This document shows positions 37,401 through 42,393 of a DNA stretch of 42,393 nucleotides, in pieces. The notes beneath the pieces are model-generated. The model worked only from the letters and a program-made list of their open reading frames with translations. It searched no databases and was not told the origin of the DNA. The first letter of the stretch is position 1. Each line of letters opens with the position of its first letter. Origin of the DNA: a bacterium. Lineage in GTDB: Bacteria > Zhuqueibacterota > Zhuqueibacteria > Zhuqueibacterales > Zhuqueibacteraceae. Position numbers and translations under genes: made by a program. The stretch is taken from assembly GCA_044869275.1 (NCBI GenBank), contig JBIOXB010000064.1, forward strand, positions 1 to 42,393. The letters run 5' to 3'.

Positions 37401-38465
37401 AAAGCTCATGTTGATGATGTGCGCCCCGGCGAGCGCTTGATACATGAGACCTTCGGAATAGAAAAAGACCGCGGTGTTCGCCGGATTGCCGCCGGAGGGA
37501 ATGTCGCTGCCATGTTTGGTGAACATCAAGGTGCAGCGGAAGCCCGCGCCCACCACGCCGAAGTTGTTGTCCCCGATGGCGGAAACACAGCCCGCGGTTT
37601 CCACGCCGTGCGAGCCACCAAAGCCGGTGCCGGCTTGCGCGAAATTGTCCGGGTGGAAGATGACGTCGATAAAGCGGCCCACGAAATCCCATCCCGCCAC
37701 GTCGTCGACAAAACCATTGCTGTCATTGTCGATGCCGTCTTCGTCGCCGCCCGAACTCGTGGGCGCATCGTCAAAGCGGCCGTTGCCATTGACATCTTCC
37801 GCCGCATTCACCCAAATGCGCCGTGCCAGATCGGGGTGATCGAAATCAAAGCCGCTGTCGACCATGCCGACGATGACGGTCGAGTCCGCGCGCACCGCAT
37901 CCCACGCGAGCGAAGCTTTAACTTGTTGCAACCAGCTTTGCTCGCCGAAACGTGGATCGTTGGGAGTGTAAGCGGTGAGTTTATCGAGATCGCCATTTTC
38001 CATGGCGCGCACGAGGGCAGCGGGATGATCAGCGCGCGCATGATAGCGAATGAAATCCGGCACGGCGTATTCCACCGCGCCGGTGGCCTGCAATTGCGCG
38101 CAGAGCGAGGCGACGTCACTCGACGGCGCAAAGATCAGTTTGTAATAGACCGATAAATCCGGCAACGGCCGGGAATCTTGAATGCGCCGCGCAAGCGTGC
38201 GCGTGTATTCGCCGGGGAAAATTGCCCGGGCTTCTATGGCGCCGGCTTTCTGCACGAGACTTTGCGCCACTGCCGCGCTTTGCTGTTGCAGGCCGCTTCC
38301 GGATTTGATTTTTACAATGACGTAACCCGGCACATGCGGCGGCAACATGCGGATTTTCTTCTGCGCGAGCCCCTCATTTCCAAAAGAGAAAAACAAAACA
38401 GCGGTGCAGTAAAGATGAAAAACATATTGCCCGGTCGTTCTGCAAAAGCGCAGCGCATGCAGCAT
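34425..38465 (-). CDS. Secreted multidomain S8 (subtilisin-like) serine protease with C-terminal FlgD-Ig/T9SS-type sorting domain
   Basis: Signal peptide and propeptide; catalytic VDSG, SHGVETAG, AAAGN, GTSFSSP; Ig-like, alpha/beta and MAM-like (EDFENG...GWFVDDI) domains; QNYPNPF...GIYFYRL...RKMMVLE. Confidence 0.93.
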   Translation of the reverse strand: MLHALRFCRTTGQYVFHLYCTAVLFFSFGNEGLAQKKIRMLPPHVPGYVIVKIKSGSGLQQQSAAVAQSLVQKAGAIEARAIFPGEYTRTLARRIQDSRPLPDLSVYYKLIFAPSSDVASLCAQLQATGAVEYAVPDFIRYHARADHPAALVRAMENGDLDKLTAYTPNDPRFGEQSWLQQVKASLAWDAVRADSTVIVGMVDSGFDFDHPDLARRIWVNAAEDVNGNGRFDDAPTSSGGDEDGIDNDSNGFVDDVAGWDFVGRFIDVIFHPDNFAQAGTGFGGSHGVETAGCVSAIGDNNFGVVGAGFRCTLMFTKHGSDIPSGGNPANTAVFFYSEGLMYQALAGAHIINMSFGGTGFSPFEADMVDAALRMGVLLVAAAGNGGPDNVGDDSELAPYYPASFPGVLSVGAVQSNNRKSGFSNYGRTKFVQLFAPGENVLTTTDPGNPSNNGQQFILEAGTSFSSPIVAGIAALLKQQNPARTAGEIFLQLCGTADNLEAANPGLQGRMGYGLVNAQRAVAAPAAALPPDIDFVSVALNDAAGGNGNGVWEAGETAGFEIRLRNVLGNAANVQVQLSAAHWAASVVSGTTTIGNFPGVADYGNSFVTIPASQLTVSAGAEALPERVPFRLRVAAGGYTEEFEFAWTILPSVLLVDDDDGINNIESFYHEAFAQYGIGADSWDHSRQGTPPASLMQQYSTVVWGCEWAFPALDSIDRAELSKFLDAGGNLFLSGQDIGWDLCEQEPGVANEFTISDGASLVFYEAYLHARYLADDSPFSNLTGSAGDPIGAGLSFSVSQPGRAGTEQFPSEIEALAPAVSVFDYSNNRSGAVRHAGSYRTVYFAFGGYEAIVESSVRSEVMPRVINWLNGVTLEHTPLRDTEDTTAARPVLAKVTSTVSQMASVALYWDTDGAMPFNRIEMTHDGNGNYSASIPAQSNKNVEYFIFARTANNFATPLSQYAYAVRPDRMPPQLANLTAIPNRIRKLDSYPVAVEARDNLGVDFNSVFVLFHSTSGVRDSVQLSPAAQLDGFAGSLAGNFVYGDTVTYQARARDLALAGNRGVSETRSFIVGLEDFENGLDDWSVPSNGWGLATIAKFSGRYAANQSPQLANYEQNLNTALTLAFPLDFSDTAAAQLSFAELHLFQANQEDFGVVEISSDGGQNWSTLSEEFRGLGTGWQKKTYALTAFTGAAFSDVRLRFRVQTDNQPQTGRRGWFVDDIQITASGAVAVEEREAPSVLPAAFALHQNYPNPFMRREAQGSSATTSIRVDLAAPAEIEITIFDVLGQRVATLPSGRKPAGAHLIRWAGRDDRGRMVTNGIYFYRLRAVSNEGRREFRQVRKMMVLE

Positions 38466-38492
38466 GGTGAGGTCCTTTCTGTCATAGGTGCG

Positions 38493-38522
38493 ATTTTAGA
38501 GGCATTCCAGCCTCGTTGTCAA
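38493..38522 (-). promoter_or_regulatory. sigma70-type promoter for the 34425-38465 protease gene
   Basis: Minus strand TTGACA-N18-TAAAAT, then AAAGGA RBS before ATG 38465. Confidence 0.6.
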
Positions 38523-38594
38523 GATAAATATCCCGTAAAAACTCGCTCAAGCTTCGTGATTTCAGAATAACATATGGGAAAATGCTGCGCCACA

Positions 38595-41500
38595 TTAAGG
38601 CATCACCACCATTTTTCGTACGGCTTGAAAGACGTCTTCGCCGCCCGCCGGTGCGGCCTGCAAACGATAGAGATAAATTCCCGCCGCCACACGCCGGCCG
38701 TTTTCATCCGCGCCGTTCCAGCGCAGAAAATGCGCGCCGGCGTTTTTTCTTTCATGCACCAGCGTGGCAATGCGCCTGCCCAGCAAATCATAAATCGACA
38801 AAGTTACTTCCGCCGGCGCAGGCAAATCGAAACGCAGCGCGGTGAAGTTTGCGGCGGCTGCGTTCACCGAAAAGGGGTTGGGAAAATTCTGCCGCAGGGC
38901 AAAATCTTTGGGGATGGCCTGAAACTCGGCTCGTTCCTGCACACCTACTGCGACGCTTTCCACCACTCGAACCTGATCAATGAACCAGCCCGGCAAGGGT
39001 GCGTTCGGCAGTGAATCTGTGACGACGCGAAAGCGCAGGCGCACATCCGGGTTGCCATGAAACAATTCGTGAACTTCATGTTGGATTTGCCATTGCGTTT
39101 GTGTACCCCGAAATTCCCGCTGCGAGATCCAGCTCTGTCCGCCGTCGACGCTGATCTCCAGCACGCCATAGTCTTGCTGATCGGGGGCGAAGTATCGTTG
39201 CTCCGCGAACGAGATACTCACTTGGCGCAAGCCGGTGACCTGCGAGAAATTCAGTGGAAACGCCAAAGCCAGTGCCATATTCCCGTGCAACGGATAAACC
39301 CGGCCGGGATTGCTGTTCACCGCAAACCTGCCGGAATATACCCTGGCCGAAGTCAGGCCCCAGCCGCTCAACGGCGAGCCGCTGGAATCGATCACCCACT
39401 CGCGCAAAGATCCGTCATCGAAATCATTCAATCCCATCACAAAATATCTCTCCGGCGTCTCCGCGGAATTGCGGCGGAGTGCGAGATCATTCACGCTGGC
39501 GGAATAAAAAACCGTGTCTCCGTAAAACCAACCGCCGGGAATGCCGCCTTCAAATCTCTCTGGCTGCGAGGCTTGCGGTCGCATGAAGGTGATTCCGCTC
39601 TGGCCGGAGGTCGTGCGAAAATGAAGCTTGACATTGCCGGAGTCGATGCCGCTGAAATCACGCGCCTCTATGCTGACCGCGTAGGGTCCGGCCGAGTTCA
39701 ACGTGTGCGGCACTTGTGTCAAGCTTTCCACCACCGGCGGAATCGTGTCCGGAAAAGTCGCGTACGAAAACCTTTGCAGCGGTGCCGCAAATCCGCGTGC
39801 CGTGGTCACGAAGAAAAAATACTCCACTTTTTTCTTGAATTGCGGTGGAATTTCGGCGCGATACTCACCGTTGCCCTCGTGATTCATGGTGACTCTACTG
39901 AAGGGCAATTGCCCGTCGGTGTCCCAATACAGTTCGACGCGTTGCGGCGGGCTAATTTCCGACATAATTTTTGCGGTCACACGGCGGGCGCGGGTGGTGT
40001 CGTCCGTGTCGCGCAAGGGCGTGTGTTCGAGCTGAAAGCCGTTGAGCCAGTTCAGCACGCGCGGCATCAGCACCTCGCGCTGCGATTTTTGCACGATGGC
40101 TTCGAAGCCGCCGAAAGCGAAATAAACCAGACGATAATCGCCGGCGTAGCGCAACGCGCCGGTTTGGTAGCTTGGATATTTGAAAATGCTCAGCGCCGGC
40201 GCCAGTGGAAAAATTTCGCTGGGCAACTGTTCGCTCACCGTGCGGCCCGGCTGTCGAATACTGCATTGCAAACTGGCGCTGATGGGATCGGCATGATCGC
40301 CTGCAATCTGCGAAGCATTGGCGTCGTCGCGCAGATAAAGCGCGTGTAAGAATTGCTCATAGAAAGTTTGGGAAGCACCGCCGGAAATATTGAACTCGTT
40401 GGGGGATCCGGGTGCGGGATCGCACAAATCCCAGCCGAGATCCTGGCCGGAAAGAAAGAGATGGCCGCCGGCCTGCAAATACTGCTGCAGCTCGGCGCGA
40501 TCATTCGCATTCAAGCTTGGAAAAGCCCATTCGCAGGCCCAAATCACCGTGGCGTATTTCCGCAGCAGCCGCGGTGGAAGCTCGGCGCCGGCGTGCTTGA
40601 AGATATCGAAGCTCACGCCCAAACTGTCCAAAACTTCAGTATAGTAATTTTCGACGTTGTTCTTGCCATCGTCATCATCGCTGAGCAGCACCGATGGCGT
40701 GATCGCGAGAGAGAAATCGAAAGATTGCCGATAGCCGCCGCCCGCCTGCACATAAAGCTTGAAACTTATGCGATGCGGCAGCGCCTCGGGAATGGCTGCC
40801 AGAATAAAGGGATCGCCCTGATTGCTCTGCGGTTGGACGGACAAATCCGAGAGACCGGGCAGCGTACCATAATTGGCCGTGGCTTTCAAAAGACGAACGG
40901 CATGATCTTCACAAGAGATTTCCGCGGAGAGATGGTGGGCATCGCCCCAAGTATTGCGCAAGAAAACGGTGAGTTGAAGCGTTTCTCCGGCATCCCAGAA
41001 GCCATTGCCGTTGCCGGCGGCGTCATCGATCTCAATTTTTTCGAGTGCAATTTGCGGCGCGGCCATGACGCTCTCCGAGAGCGCGCGCTGCGCGTTGATG
41101 CGGCCGCGTCCCAATTTGCCTTGCACAAAATCGGGATTGAGCGCATCGACGTTGTCGGCCGTTTCCACGACTTGAAACGTGACCTGCGCGGGCGGCCAGT
41201 CGGGATGCTGCGATTTCACCAACGCGGCGAGCGCAGCGGCCAGCGGCGCGGCGAAGGAAGTGCCCTGCAATTCCTGGTAACCGTGGTTCAAATAGGTCGT
41301 CAAAATGCCGGGCCGGCGTGGCTTGAGATCGCCGCCCGGGGCGCACACCTTCACCCAATCTCCGAAGGAAGTATAAGAGGCATGCTCGTCGAGATCGTTC
41401 ACCGCCGCAACCGTGATCGCGAAGGGCGCCAAGTTGAGGCCGAAAGCTTCCTCATTGCTGGAGTTGCCCGCGGCGCTGGTGACGACCACGCCCCTCTGAA

Positions 41501-42392
41501 AGGCGTAGGCAGCGGCCTCCGCGACCACGCGCGAGCTGCCCGCGCTCAAATTGGCAACATGCGCGCCGTTGTCGGCGGCATATACAAAAGCCGCAGCGGT
41601 CCAGGCTACGTCCACCAGACTGACACCGTCCAGACGCAGGTAGCCCACACGCAACGGCATGATCTTCACGTTCCAAGACAGCGCCGCGATGCCGGTCGTA
41701 TTATCCGTCACCGCAGCAGCCACGCCGGCAACGCCGGTGCCGTGGCCGGCAAAATCCATGGGATCGTTGTCGGGCGTGCTCGCATCCTCGCCGGGATAAG
41801 GATAGGGAGGATCATGCACAAAATCCCAGCCGCGCACGTCGTCGATAAAACCATTGTGGTCGTTGTCGAGCCCGTCGAGAATTTCACCGGCATTCCTCCA
41901 AATATTCTCCGCGAGATCGGGATGCTGCCAGTCTGTGCCGCTGTCGATGATGGCGATGATCACATTCGAATCGCCGCGGGCGATTTTCCACGCAATCGGT
42001 GCATTGATTTGCGGCAAGTATTGCTGCCGGGCAAAGAGGGAATCATTCGGAATGACGTCGAGCGGAATGAGATAGTCCGGCTCGGCATATTCGACGATCG
42101 GGCTTTGTTGCAATTGCGCCGCCAATACTTCTATATCGGTGTGCGGCGAAGCTTCCATGATCATGAGGCGCGACAGGCCGGCGTGATCTGATGCGGCAAT
42201 GGAGGCCTCGCGCGCCTGCGCGAAAAGCGGGCGCGCGTGCGTGATTTGATGTGCGCTCATCAGGGCGCGTAACCGCGCATCGTCGGCAGGGCTTTTGATT
42301 TCTGGTTTCAATTTGACGAGGACGCGGCCGGGATAATACGTCCAGGATGAAGGCGGACCGTTTTTCATTTTTTGGGCCGGCGGCTCGGCTTG
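38595..42392 (-). CDS. Secreted multidomain S8 serine protease, paralog of 34425-38465 (5' end beyond window)
   Basis: IDSG, GHGTGVAG, AAGN, GTSFAAP; same domain order; CTD QNFPNPF...RKMVVMP. The frame stays open upstream of ATG 42368 (QAEPPAQK) to the window edge and no signal peptide is visible, so the true start probably lies outside. Confidence 0.92.
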   Translation of the reverse strand, partial: QAEPPAQKMKNGPPSSWTYYPGRVLVKLKPEIKSPADDARLRALMSAHQITHARPLFAQAREASIAASDHAGLSRLMIMEASPHTDIEVLAAQLQQSPIVEYAEPDYLIPLDVIPNDSLFARQQYLPQINAPIAWKIARGDSNVIIAIIDSGTDWQHPDLAENIWRNAGEILDGLDNDHNGFIDDVRGWDFVHDPPYPYPGEDASTPDNDPMDFAGHGTGVAGVAAAVTDNTTGIAALSWNVKIMPLRVGYLRLDGVSLVDVAWTAAAFVYAADNGAHVANLSAGSSRVVAEAAAYAFQRGVVVTSAAGNSSNEEAFGLNLAPFAITVAAVNDLDEHASYTSFGDWVKVCAPGGDLKPRRPGILTTYLNHGYQELQGTSFAAPLAAALAALVKSQHPDWPPAQVTFQVVETADNVDALNPDFVQGKLGRGRINAQRALSESVMAAPQIALEKIEIDDAAGNGNGFWDAGETLQLTVFLRNTWGDAHHLSAEISCEDHAVRLLKATANYGTLPGLSDLSVQPQSNQGDPFILAAIPEALPHRISFKLYVQAGGGYRQSFDFSLAITPSVLLSDDDDGKNNVENYYTEVLDSLGVSFDIFKHAGAELPPRLLRKYATVIWACEWAFPSLNANDRAELQQYLQAGGHLFLSGQDLGWDLCDPAPGSPNEFNISGGASQTFYEQFLHALYLRDDANASQIAGDHADPISASLQCSIRQPGRTVSEQLPSEIFPLAPALSIFKYPSYQTGALRYAGDYRLVYFAFGGFEAIVQKSQREVLMPRVLNWLNGFQLEHTPLRDTDDTTRARRVTAKIMSEISPPQRVELYWDTDGQLPFSRVTMNHEGNGEYRAEIPPQFKKKVEYFFFVTTARGFAAPLQRFSYATFPDTIPPVVESLTQVPHTLNSAGPYAVSIEARDFSGIDSGNVKLHFRTTSGQSGITFMRPQASQPERFEGGIPGGWFYGDTVFYSASVNDLALRRNSAETPERYFVMGLNDFDDGSLREWVIDSSGSPLSGWGLTSARVYSGRFAVNSNPGRVYPLHGNMALALAFPLNFSQVTGLRQVSISFAEQRYFAPDQQDYGVLEISVDGGQSWISQREFRGTQTQWQIQHEVHELFHGNPDVRLRFRVVTDSLPNAPLPGWFIDQVRVVESVAVGVQERAEFQAIPKDFALRQNFPNPFSVNAAAANFTALRFDLPAPAEVTLSIYDLLGRRIATLVHERKNAGAHFLRWNGADENGRRVAAGIYLYRLQAAPAGGEDVFQAVRKMVVMP

Positions 42393-42393
42393 C

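Noticed and set aside
29389..38465. RiPP/bacteriocin cluster (M16 peptidase + ABC exporter + S8 protease)
   Set aside because: No precursor peptide or modifying enzyme; the ABC protein lacks a C39 domain; the peptidases look like general degradative types.
40353..42191. Long opposite-strand ORFs (e.g. 612 aa here, 493 aa at 16462-17943, 446 aa at 4368-5708)
   Set aside because: In-register antisense frames of real genes, expected in GC-rich DNA.

Overview
GC-rich bacterial chromosome segment. The gene content (T9SS-type C-terminal sorting domains, a PorV/PorQ-family barrel, a TonB-dependent receptor) points to the FCB group; KSB1/Calditrichota-like is my inference, not a tested assignment. 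There are four blocks. (1) 1-9088, minus strand: a four-gene Ser/Thr signalling operon with a non-RD PEGA-repeat receptor kinase, a double-FHA/beta-propeller membrane protein, a membrane PP2C phosphatase, and a TPR + degenerate nucleotide cyclase + pseudokinase protein that runs off the window and is missing from the ORF track. (2) 9469-15601: housekeeping genes (polyprenyl synthase, ptsH, ptsI, PGI/PMI, metK, tRNA-Ile2 CAT). (3) 16054-29141: a TonB-dependent receptor, a CTD-bearing secreted partner, a PorV-like barrel and a lipoprotein, preceded by a sigma54-type motif and with no SusD; receptor and partner carry matching Asp-rich DxDGDGxxDE repeats; two paralogous Asp-box propeller proteins with T9SS-type CTDs follow. 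(4) 29389-42393: an M16C peptidase, an ABC exporter and two paralogous multidomain S8 subtilases with CTDs. Many intergenic gaps hold palindromic elements (6/7-mer tandem hairpins, REP-like and MITE-like). The best candidates for undescribed systems are the TBDR-CTD partner-PorV-lipoprotein cassette and the kinase/pseudokinase-pseudocyclase operon.
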